Part shown: positions 37,279 to 46,100 of the stretch, piece by piece | Numbering within the stretch: the first letter of the stretch is position 1 | How the letters are laid out: every line of letters begins with the position of its first letter | IMG/VR virus record: IMGVR_UViG_3300032255_000172 | Span: 1 to 46,503 of that record | Source: a virus | Taxonomy: Duplodnaviria > Caudoviricetes | DNA length: 46,503 nt | Reading direction: 5' to 3' (one strand) | The notes under the pieces: generated by a model | Seen by the model: only the letters and a program-made list of their open reading frames with translations | What the model was told of the DNA's origin: nothing | Databases searched by the model: none | Program-made: the position numbers and the translations under genes

Positions 37279-37568
37279 AATCATTTAACAACAAGCATCA
37301 GGCAATTAATGCATTAGCAATACCATTCAGCCTGATAGGTTTTTTAATGCTAATACTTGCATGGTGTTACCACGTTGCATTCCAGTGGGTGTTTTTACCC
37401 CGCGATAAGTGGGTTAATGTTTTTTCTTTACAGGCATGGAATCCACATAAACACTATCCTAACTGGTTTTGTTACTGGATGTGTACAGTCGAAGAAAACA
37501 TGATTGAGCATTTAAGGCTGATGAGAAATGCACTTGATAATGATTATTGTGATAGTAACGGGGAATAG
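37275..37568 (+). CDS. membrane hypothetical protein
   Basis: One TM segment; ATGA overlap with upstream gene. Confidence 0.65.
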   Translation: MKSFNNKHQAINALAIPFSLIGFLMLILAWCYHVAFQWVFLPRDKWVNVFSLQAWNPHKHYPNWFCYWMCTVEENMIEHLRLMRNALDNDYCDSNGE

Positions 37569-37570
37569 TC

Positions 37571-37798
37571 ATGGCATGGCAAAAAATATCACAATTCAGA
37601 GATGATGCATTTGAGGAAGGCTCAAAGCCTCAAATTCGCACTATAATAAACTGGATAGAAGCTGGGGAGCTATACGGGCGCAAGTTCGGTGGCCAGTGGT
37701 ATGTTGACCCTGACATTTCAATAGTACCGGGCAATACAACCCAGCCAGACATAAGCAACGAAGCAATGGAGCTAGTTAACCAAGCACAGGCATCATGA
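37571..37798 (+). CDS. xis: excisionase
   Basis: 'RTIINWIEAGELYGRKFGGQWYV' wHTH; ATGA overlap with int. Confidence 0.85.
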   Translation: MAWQKISQFRDDAFEEGSKPQIRTIINWIEAGELYGRKFGGQWYVDPDISIVPGNTTQPDISNEAMELVNQAQAS

Positions 37799-38955
37799 TA
37801 AAACGAAACGATAAAAATCAGGATTTAGCGGATAACCTTCATATAAGCAGCAAAAAAAAAGGCGTTACTTACTATTACTATTTACACCCTATCACTAAAA
37901 AACGCAGCGCCATGGGTTGCAACAAAAAAGCTGCCATCGAGGCCGCTAATTATTTAAACAGCCTACTCACAAAAAATGCGCCGTTAATTCAAAGCGTAAT
38001 TAACCCAAAAAAGAAAACACTTTTACAGGTTGTTACCGAATATAAAAAAAACGAAGTGCCAAACAAACCCTGGGCAAAAGGCACCGCAGATAATTACCGC
38101 TACCGTTACAATAAATTCGCTAAAGACTTAGGCCACCACATGATTGAAGTGGTAGACAGGCTAATGATAGCCAACTGGCTTAATGGTTTTGCCGTAAGCA
38201 ACGATGTGCACAACACTACATTATTTATTATTAAAGATATTTACGATTACGCCATATCCAGAAAATACTTAAATACCAACGAAGCCGCGGCCGTACGTAA
38301 AAAATCACTCTCTAAAAAACTAGAAGCCAATAAAAAAGCCCGGCAACGGCTCACAGTTGAAATGTTTTGGGCGATACATGATAAAGCACCTATCTGGTTA
38401 AAAAATGCCATGGAGCTATCACTAATAACCCTGCAGGCCCGTAATGAAATTATAAACATGAAATACGACCACCACCGGGACGACTGGCTATATGTAATAC
38501 GCCAAAAGGTCGCTGGCGAATCAGACTTTGGTTTTATCCGGATACAATCAACCACGCAAATTGATAACATTGTAAAACGAAGCCGCAACCAAATAATTTC
38601 GCCTTACATTATTCACTACAACCCAAAGCGCATGCGCAGGGACCAAATAATAAATAAAAATCACTGGTCATGCATAACACCCGGTTATTTATCAAACCAA
38701 TTCAAGGCCGCCCGTGAGAAATGCGAACTGTTTAACGACTGGAGCCCAAAAGAAAAACCCACATTTCATGAAATAAGATCACTCGGCGCACGTATCTACC
38801 GTGAGCAAGGCAGGCCAAAGCAATATATTCAAAGCCTTCTCACCCACTCAAACCAAAAAACCACGCAGATATACCTGGACGGCGGCGAATTAAGCGATGA
38901 ACATTTTTATAAGGTTGAGGCTGAGCTGGATTTGATGAATTTACCTAAGATATAA
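37795..38955 (+). CDS. int: phage tyrosine integrase (lambda-like)
   Basis: N-terminal arm-binding domain (YYYY.HP); catalytic R, HEIR, LLTH, TQIY. Confidence 0.95.
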   Translation: MIKRNDKNQDLADNLHISSKKKGVTYYYYLHPITKKRSAMGCNKKAAIEAANYLNSLLTKNAPLIQSVINPKKKTLLQVVTEYKKNEVPNKPWAKGTADNYRYRYNKFAKDLGHHMIEVVDRLMIANWLNGFAVSNDVHNTTLFIIKDIYDYAISRKYLNTNEAAAVRKKSLSKKLEANKKARQRLTVEMFWAIHDKAPIWLKNAMELSLITLQARNEIINMKYDHHRDDWLYVIRQKVAGESDFGFIRIQSTTQIDNIVKRSRNQIISPYIIHYNPKRMRRDQIINKNHWSCITPGYLSNQFKAAREKCELFNDWSPKEKPTFHEIRSLGARIYREQGRPKQYIQSLLTHSNQKTTQIYLDGGELSDEHFYKVEAELDLMNLPKI

Positions 38956-39066
38956 CAGGAAGAATATATTAAATGATTGCTTTCTCCCAAAGCAGCCATA
39001 AGTTAGCACTAGACTTATTCGCATTAGCAATGACTGATATATCAAAGAAGTACGATCCATCTTATC

Positions 39067-39224
39067 GCCCAACATCCCATTAACAGGGAATTAATTCCGT
39101 TTTTCTCCCTTCAATAACAATATTAATTCACATGAAGATACTGATTTATCTAGCAAAAGAGATTAAATTAGGGGAATATCTATAGGTTATAACTGGAAAT
39201 AGTTCACGTTAACAGATGTTAGGT
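39067..39224 (+). other. 158-bp attC-like element heading cassette cluster 3
   Basis: GCCCAAC (RYYYAAC) ... GTTAGGT (GTTRRRY) with paired arms AACATC..TTAAC / GTTAA..GATGTT; homologous to 5797-5954. Confidence 0.75.
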
Positions 39225-39243
39225 ATAAAATAGGATAAAACAA

Positions 39244-39720
39244 ATGGAAGCATCAGTTGTTGCTGCATGGTGGGGTGCAATCGTCGCTTCAATAGTCCTG
39301 CTATGGGACATTTTCAAATGGGCAACAAAAGGCGCTCGTGTTTCAGTTAATGCTATACCAAATATGCAAACTGTTAACACAGTTGAAGGAAAGCTCGATG
39401 ATAATAGGTTGATTTTAGTAGAGGCATTGAATACTGGCGATCTACCCTCAACCATTACGCATTTAGTTTTCTACCAATATGCATCTCATCTAAATAAAAT
39501 ACTAAACAAACCAAAAAATCAAGGCCTTATCCCTTATCAAGGTGCTGGCTATGAGCTTCCTCACTTGCTTAATCCTGGTACTCGTTGGACAGGAAATATA
39601 GACCAAAATGACATAGTAAAAAAAATTGGAGAAGACGGTTTATTTTATTGTGGCGTCATACATACTGCTCGTAAAAAACCCGTGCTCGCAAAAATCAATT
39701 TAAGTAATGAGAACACCTAA
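39244..39720 (+). CDS. cassette-borne hypothetical protein with N-terminal TM
   Basis: Cassette GTTAGGT...ACCTAAC complementary; stop in R''. Confidence 0.85.
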   Translation: MEASVVAAWWGAIVASIVLLWDIFKWATKGARVSVNAIPNMQTVNTVEGKLDDNRLILVEALNTGDLPSTITHLVFYQYASHLNKILNKPKNQGLIPYQGAGYELPHLLNPGTRWTGNIDQNDIVKKIGEDGLFYCGVIHTARKKPVLAKINLSNENT

Positions 39721-39796
39721 CACAATAAAATCAACATGGACAAAATAAGCACCACTTCGCTATGCTTTATTTTTCCAGTTATTAAAAACGTTAGCT
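39715..39796 (+). other. attC site (82 bp)
   Basis: ACCTAAC ... GTTAGCT; arms TGGACAAAATAAGCA / TGCTTTATTTTTCCA. Confidence 0.88.
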
Positions 39797-39822
39797 ATTA
39801 AGACAGGTCATAAAGGGCTCAT

Positions 39823-41205
39823 ATGAAAAAAGAAAAAGAAGCGACTCCTGAAAATATAAAGTTACTCGAAATAGAAAAAAAGTACCTTGTAGATCTTGAA
39901 TGCTTAAGAGAAATGCATTGCAACGTAATTCCTTTGCTTAATGAAAAAGATATAGAGCGTAAAAAATTATTAAATGAAACCATAAAACGTCTTTTTACTA
40001 ATCGAAATCAACTTAAAGGAAGAACTGATGAAAAAATATCAGGAGAACAGGATAAGTCAGAAGAGCCTGAAGAGAAAACGTCTAAATCTGAAACCAATAC
40101 CGATGAAGAAATAAATAAAAACGATAAGGATCCAATAAAATTAACAGGTAGAGATGCTGAGTTTTTAACATCAACAATTGGAAAGTTAAAGCGCGCTCAA
40201 AATTTATTTGAAAATCAAGCAATAGTAACTTTAGTATCGCGTTTTGATGAGTTTCTTGGTGAAATAATCAAACTAGTTCTTGGACAAAATCCTTCATGGT
40301 TAAAAAGCTCTGAGAAGACAATAACTTATAAAGAACTAATTGATCTTAAGTCAATTGATAAAGCCATTGAAGGAGTAATTCACAAAGAAGTTGAAAATCT
40401 TCTACGAGATTCACATGAAGAACAAATAAATTATGTTGATGAAAAACTAAAGCTAGGCATAGAACAAAAGTTTGAAAAGTATTCTGAGTTTTTAGAAATC
40501 GCAGAAAGAAGAAATTTATTCGTACATACAGGTGGAGTTGTTTCCCAGCAATACATTGATAAATGCAATAGCTTTGGAGCTGACATAAAAAAAACAAAAC
40601 AAGGTGACTGCCTAAGCTCTCACACAGAGTATTTTACAAATGCATTCATGGTATATTTTGAAATTGCATTAAGAATATCACAAGCATCGTATAGGCGGCT
40701 ATTCCCAAATGAGTTGGAAAGCGCAGACAGAGCTCTCAATAATCTTGCTATAAGATTTATGAATGAAGGTGAGTATATTTTGGCTGAAATTATAACTACA
40801 TTTGATCTTGCTATTCCCGACAAACTAAGGTCACAAGACACAGAGTATTTATATTTTGCATACATCAATCAAGCAATATCAAGAAAGTATTTAAATAAAG
40901 ATTTTGAAAAAGGTTTAAATGGCATTCATTGGAATGTGTTTCATCCTAAATATGCGCTTTGTTTGCACGCGCTAAGAGAAGAGTATGAAGAGGCATCAAA
41001 TCTTATGTATTCTAAAGAAATACAAAATGAAATAACTCAAGAGGGCTTTAGAACATGGCCTGCGTTCAGGGATTTCAGAGATTCACATCAATTCAATAAA
41101 GCTTACAAAGACATATATGGTATTGAGTGCGTACCAAATACCAATGTTTTTATTTCTGAAAACGATGATGATAATGAGACTGATGATAAAGAAAAAAGTA
41201 GCTAA
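39823..41205 (+). CDS. cassette-borne HEPN-motif protein with helical C-terminal region
   Basis: 'LVSRFDEFL' and 'ERRNLFVH' RxxxxH; cassette GTTAGCTA...TAGCTAAC complementary. Confidence 0.8.
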   Translation: MKKEKEATPENIKLLEIEKKYLVDLECLREMHCNVIPLLNEKDIERKKLLNETIKRLFTNRNQLKGRTDEKISGEQDKSEEPEEKTSKSETNTDEEINKNDKDPIKLTGRDAEFLTSTIGKLKRAQNLFENQAIVTLVSRFDEFLGEIIKLVLGQNPSWLKSSEKTITYKELIDLKSIDKAIEGVIHKEVENLLRDSHEEQINYVDEKLKLGIEQKFEKYSEFLEIAERRNLFVHTGGVVSQQYIDKCNSFGADIKKTKQGDCLSSHTEYFTNAFMVYFEIALRISQASYRRLFPNELESADRALNNLAIRFMNEGEYILAEIITTFDLAIPDKLRSQDTEYLYFAYINQAISRKYLNKDFEKGLNGIHWNVFHPKYALCLHALREEYEEASNLMYSKEIQNEITQEGFRTWPAFRDFRDSHQFNKAYKDIYGIECVPNTNVFISENDDDNETDDKEKSS

Positions 41206-41284
41206 CAAGAAAATCAACACTTACAACTTTGGGTTACGTCCTAAAAACAGTCCGTAATTCAACGTTGCAGGTTATTTTGGCGTT
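41200..41284 (+). other. attC site whose R' box is interrupted
   Basis: AGCTAAC-aagaaaatcaacacttacaac ... gttgcaggttattttggc-GTT. Confidence 0.8.
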
Positions 41285-41452
41285 GAGACTACAGAAAAAT
41301 CCCTAGAGTTATTTATTTAACAGAATATAGGCACTCACAGTTGCATAGAATATTTTTTGCAGTATAAAGGTAGATAAAAAATTTAAAAAACAGACCTATT
41401 TCGTAGGATGTTTTTTAACCAATATTTAGGCTGGAGTTTTTTCTACAGTCTT
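41285..41452. mobile_element. putative 168-bp MITE
   Basis: Imperfect TIRs AGACTacAGAAAAA / TTTTTCTacAGTCT, flanked by GTT on both sides; non-coding. Confidence 0.55.
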
Positions 41453-41481
41453 GTTAGATGATAAACAATACCAGGAAAAAT

Positions 41482-41880
41482 ATGGATAAAAAATTAAAGC
41501 ATCTAGATTTTATTCAGGGAGTCATCAACCGGCTTTCAACAAATTCTTTTCTATTAAAAGGGTGGAGCGTTGTCCTTGTATCAGCGTTATTTGCTTTATC
41601 TGCTAATAATTCAAACGTAAAGTTTATATTCTTGGCATACTTTCCCGCCATCGCATTTTGGGCGCTTGATGGTTACTTTCTTTCCATGGAACGTGGTTAT
41701 CGAAAATTATATGACAAAGTAAGAAAGCTGGATGCAGAAGAGATTGATTTCTCCATGGATACTCGTGAAGTGCATAGCGGCGCGAATACTTGGGCTTCAG
41801 CATTCCTATCAAAGACGTTAATTGTATTTCATGGCGCGCTCATTGGCGCGATTATTATTGTAATGATTATTCAAATGTGA
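41482..41880 (+). CDS. multi-TM membrane protein, putative effector paired with TIR
   Basis: Three hydrophobic segments; AGGA RBS before ATG 41482; 9 bp upstream of TIR gene. Confidence 0.8.
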   Translation: MDKKLKHLDFIQGVINRLSTNSFLLKGWSVVLVSALFALSANNSNVKFIFLAYFPAIAFWALDGYFLSMERGYRKLYDKVRKLDAEEIDFSMDTREVHSGANTWASAFLSKTLIVFHGALIGAIIIVMIIQM

Positions 41881-41889
41881 GGAACTACT

Positions 41890-42390
41890 ATGGCCAGAAA
41901 TTGTTTTTATAGTTTTCATTATGTGCCTGATTGCCAAAGAGCAGCGCAAATTAGACAAATTGGTTCAATTGAAGGCAATAAACCAGCTTCAGATAATGAC
42001 TGGGAAACTGTAACCAAAGGTGGTGATACGGCCATTAAGAACTGGATTGCAAATCAAATGAAAGGGAAATCATGTACTGTGATATTGGTCGGTAGTGGTA
42101 CTGCAAATAGAAAGTGGATAAATCACGAAATACTCGAATCTTGGAAGGCTGGTATGGGTGTTGTTGGGATTTACATTCATGGCATTAGAAACCTTGCCGG
42201 CGAAACATCAACAAAAGGGATAAATCCCTTTGATTATATTACCCATGGTACAACCCAGAAAAAGCTTTCAACTATAGTGAATTGCTATAACCCTGGCGGC
42301 TCAACCAGTAAAGAAAAGTATGATTGGATATCGCAACACCTAGCTAACGCCGTAGAAGAAGCAATAAAGCTAAGAAAAGAAAACCCATAG
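41890..42390 (+). CDS. ThsB-like TIR domain protein (DUF1863/MTH538)
   Basis: 'CFYSFHY', 'SDNDWE', 'CTVILVG..TANRKWINHEI' with the catalytic Glu. Confidence 0.9.
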   Translation: MARNCFYSFHYVPDCQRAAQIRQIGSIEGNKPASDNDWETVTKGGDTAIKNWIANQMKGKSCTVILVGSGTANRKWINHEILESWKAGMGVVGIYIHGIRNLAGETSTKGINPFDYITHGTTQKKLSTIVNCYNPGGSTSKEKYDWISQHLANAVEEAIKLRKENP

Positions 42391-42403
42391 TGTTACTAAG
42401 AAC

Positions 42404-42497
42404 ACCGAACGAATAAAATCAATATTGACAAAATAAAGCACTGCTGAATTCTAACGTTCTGAGTGCCTGTTTTTTTAGCAAGATTTTATAGTTCCCT
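42404..42497 (+). other. degenerate terminal attC
   Basis: Left arm resembles 39715 attC (AATAAAATCAA..GACAAAATA); ATAAAATC/GATTTTAT pair; ends in non-canonical GTTCCCT. Confidence 0.6.
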
Positions 42498-42585
42498 ATA
42501 TTATCTAAAATCATATTTCGAGGACTATAAACTGCGATTAAAAAACAAACAAAAAAGTGGTAACTAACCCCTTTTTTACGTAATT

Positions 42586-42616
42586 ATTCCCGAATCTTTA
42601 CCGAATCTTTACCGAA
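42586..42616. repeat. tandem putative integrase arm-binding sites
   Basis: ATTCCCGAA, TCTTTACCGAA, TCTTTACCGAA; same motif at 990-1000. Confidence 0.65.
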
Positions 42617-42674
42617 TAAATACAGTTGATACTCTATAAAAAATTTTTAACTTATTGTTTTTTATAGAGCTTAA

Positions 42675-42720
42675 TTGGTCGGGACGACAGGATTTGAACC
42701 TGTGACCACCACACCCCCAG
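42675..42720. repeat. prophage att site, right copy
   Basis: Identical to 826-871. Confidence 0.97.
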
Positions 42721-42752
42721 TGTGGTGCGCTACCAAACTGCGCTACGCCCCG
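42676..42752 (-). tRNA. tRNA-Pro(GGG)
   Basis: CGGGGCGTAGCGCAG...CCACA-CTGGGGG-TGTGG...GTTCAAAT...CGACCA; 77 nt with CCA end. Confidence 0.97.
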
Positions 42753-42788
42753 AATAGGCGGTGAATTCTACACTGAGTGGGGGTTTGA

Positions 42789-43113
42789 TTAAAGTATTTT
42801 CTTAGTTATCAAAGAGGATGTAAGCCCAACTGAAACAGCATCGGAAATGGCACGTAGGCTTTTACCCTGATGTCTCAGAGACAGCACGCGATTGATTAAT
42901 ATCTGCTCACTTTCATCTTGCACAAGATCACCACCCTCGCCCACACGCTAGCCAAAAGGTCCGTTGCCCCCCTATGCACTTCACTTCCTCTCCCTTCTCT
43001 TTTTCACTGCTTTTAACATCACTGATACGCTCAGCGATTCGGTCACGTTCAAATTCAGCGAAAGCCGCAACAATTGTGAAAAAATTCTCTGACACCGTTG
43101 CCGGTGACACCAT
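42789..43113 (-). pseudogene. serine recombinase (resolvase) remnant
   Basis: 'FFTIVAAFAEFERDRIAERI' helix E; N-terminal catalytic part missing; HTH-like 'GKSLRAIS' in another frame. Confidence 0.75.
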
Positions 43114-43155
43114 AACCGGTATACTCAGGAAAATTTAATTTAGTGACCGACACTC

Positions 43156-46100
43156 ATGTTTAACCTCTCGCACACCAACATCAAAAATGAAACCGACACC
43201 AACAGCTATCGCCGTGGCTTGCAATACTTTGAGCAAGGGCTGGTGAAAAGCCTGGAGATAGAGCAAGTGGATGTGGATATGGTGGTGTTAATGGCCCGTG
43301 TGCAGGGCAACAGGCCAACGCCCTATACTTTGGAAGTGGATATTGAAAAGGCAGCGGGTAACACGGTGATGATTAATGGCCAGTGTAGCTGCCCAGTGAG
43401 GCATAATTGCAAACATGTTGTGGCTGTTTGCCTTGAATTTGCTGCGAATGCTGGTCGGACCAGGGTAGACGCCAGCCTGTTCTGGTTAAACAATTTCATT
43501 CAAGCCAGCTCTCCACAAAATAGCACCCCCCCACAAGCTAATGAATCTATTTTTTATTTATTAAATTCGGCTAACAAACCCAATGAACTCGAAGTCACGC
43601 TGGTTGTATGCCGACATTTAAAAAAAGGCGGCTTAGGCAAAAGTAAGCGCACTGACCTTTATCGAATCGTTAACCAGTACGCACGTGCAAGCTATGTAAC
43701 CGACAATGATGTAGAAATAGCCCAGTTATTGGAAGCTCAAAACAATAGCATGTGGGCCGGCACAAAAACCTATAGCATCAAGGGTGAGCTGGGCCATTTA
43801 TGCTTAAGCAAAATATTGGCGACATCACGCTGTATGTATAAAAGTGCTGACCAGCCAATTATTCAGCAAGGCGCTTCACGTGCTCTGGAACTTAACTGGC
43901 ATAAAGAAAAAAATGGTGATTGTCGACTTAACATTAATATTGAACCCGCTGCACTGATTCTCAATACTGTACCGGCTTTTTATTTTGATATTGATAACCA
44001 CGAAATTGGCCCTCTATCTAACGCAGATTTTAATACTCAACAATGGGATATGTTATTAAGCGTGCCAACGGTACATGCGGATAACTGTGCCGCATTTAGT
44101 CAACAACTGATTACTCAGCTTCCCAACATTTCCATTCCACCCCCAATAGAAATGGAAACACTCAACATCGAAAATGAACGACCGAAACCCTGTTTAGAAT
44201 TGATCACAGAAAATAATTTTACAACAGGTGAGCGAACTCACATCATGCGTTTACGTTTTGCTTATGCTGATTATGAAATTAATGTGTTACCGATATACCC
44301 CGTCGTCAACACACTTGAAAGCTCACGTATTATTAGCGTGCATCGCGACATTGATTTAGAAGAAGAATTTATGGAGCGAATATTTGACGAGGACTTTCAG
44401 GGTGTCATCCTCAATATTGGTGATAACTTATCGCCTCAAAACAGTTCAGAACAAACTGAACATGATAAGGCTGATTTTGGTTTTGTTAGCCCGAATAATT
44501 TAGCGCCGATGCAATCGCTAGAACTATGGCGATTTTTTATAGAAGACACAATTCCACAACTAAAAGCCGAAGGCTGGAATATAACGTTTGATTCAAGTTT
44601 TAAATTACAGTTTCATCAGGTCACAAACTGGGAAAATGAACTTGAAGCAACGATTGATGAGAGCAGCATTAAAGATAAAAACGACTGGTTCGAATTGCGT
44701 TTTGATCTTGATGTAAAAGGTAAAAAAATACCGTTATTACCGCTCGTTGCCAATGTACTTAAACACTATGACCCCAGTGATTTACCTAAAAACCTCACCT
44801 TACCCCTACCCGCCTACATGGGTGAAGGGCAATACATAAAAATACCTGCTGAGCGTATACAGGGTATTTGTGAAATTTTGTACGAACTGTATAACCAACA
44901 AACATTAACCGCACAGAATTTTAATGCAGAAAATGGCAGTATACGCTTAAGCCGTTTCGATGCCCCGCGCCTCGCCGAATTAGAAGAACACAACGAAGCG
45001 ACCTGGCGTGGTGGAAAAACCATGCGCGACTTAGGTCGCAAACTCAAAAACTTTAAGGGCATAAAAAAAGTCGCGCCACCGAGGGGTTTAAAAGCCACAT
45101 TACGTGACTATCAACAGCAAGGTTTTAACTGGTTACAGTTTTTACGCAGTTATCAGTTTAATGGCATTCTTGCGGATGATATGGGCCTGGGAAAAACCGT
45201 ACAAACCCTTGCCCATTTATTAAAAGAAAAAGAAGCTAAACGATTAAACAAGCCCTGTTTAATTGTTGCACCCACCAGCTTAATGAGCAACTGGCGACGC
45301 GAAGCTGAACAGTTCACGCCTAAACTCAGCGTTTTAATTCTGCAGGGTGCAGATCGAAAGAAACAGTTTAATCAAATAGAAAATTACGATCTGGTGTTAA
45401 CGACCTTCCCGTTAGTGGTGCGCGACCAGGAAACCTTGCTGGCACTTAATTATTATTATTTAATTCTCGATGAAGCGCAGGTAATTAAAAACCCTAATGC
45501 AAAGGCCGCTAAACTGGTGCGCGAAATTAAAGCTGATCACCGTTTGTGTATTACCGGCACTCCGATGGAGAATCATCTGGGCGAACTATGGGCTTTATTC
45601 GATTTTTTAATGCCCGGTTTTTTAGGTAACAGCAAAACCTTCACTCAACAATTTCGTAACCCCATTGAAAAACACGCTAACAATGAAGTTCGCGAACGTT
45701 TAGTACATCGTATTAATCCTTTCATGTTGCGCCGCACTAAAAGCGAAGTGGTACTGGAGCTGCCCGATAAAACTGAAATTATTCGTTCGATTGCATTCGA
45801 TAAAAAACAGGCCGCACTGTATGAAAGTATTCGTTTATCGATGCAGAAAAAAGTCCGCGATGCGATTAAAGATAAGGGTTTATCCCGTAGCCACATCACC
45901 ATACTCGATGCACTGCTAAAACTCCGCCAAACCTGTTGCGACCCGCAACTCATGTCATTGCCACAGGCTAAAAAAGTAAAGTCATCTGCCAAGCTAGAGA
46001 TGTTAATGGAAATGCTGCCGGAGATGATTGATGAGGGGCGTAGAATTTTAATTTTTTCACAGTTTACAAAAATGCTCGGAATCATTGAAAAACAGTTAAT

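Larger units (their letters stand above)
826..42720. mobile_element. lambda/Gifsy-2-like temperate siphovirus prophage integrated in tRNA-Pro(GGG)
   Basis: Bounded by 46-bp att repeats; contains int/xis, cI/cro/cII, O/P-like, Q-like, terminases, portal, protease-capsid, tail tube, tape measure and tail tip genes in lambdoid order. Confidence 0.97.

Noticed and set aside
37795-38955. Integron integrase IntI serving the cassettes
   Set aside because: Has a lambda-type arm-binding N-terminus, is coupled to xis and is co-oriented with the cassettes; I see no IntI-specific insertion
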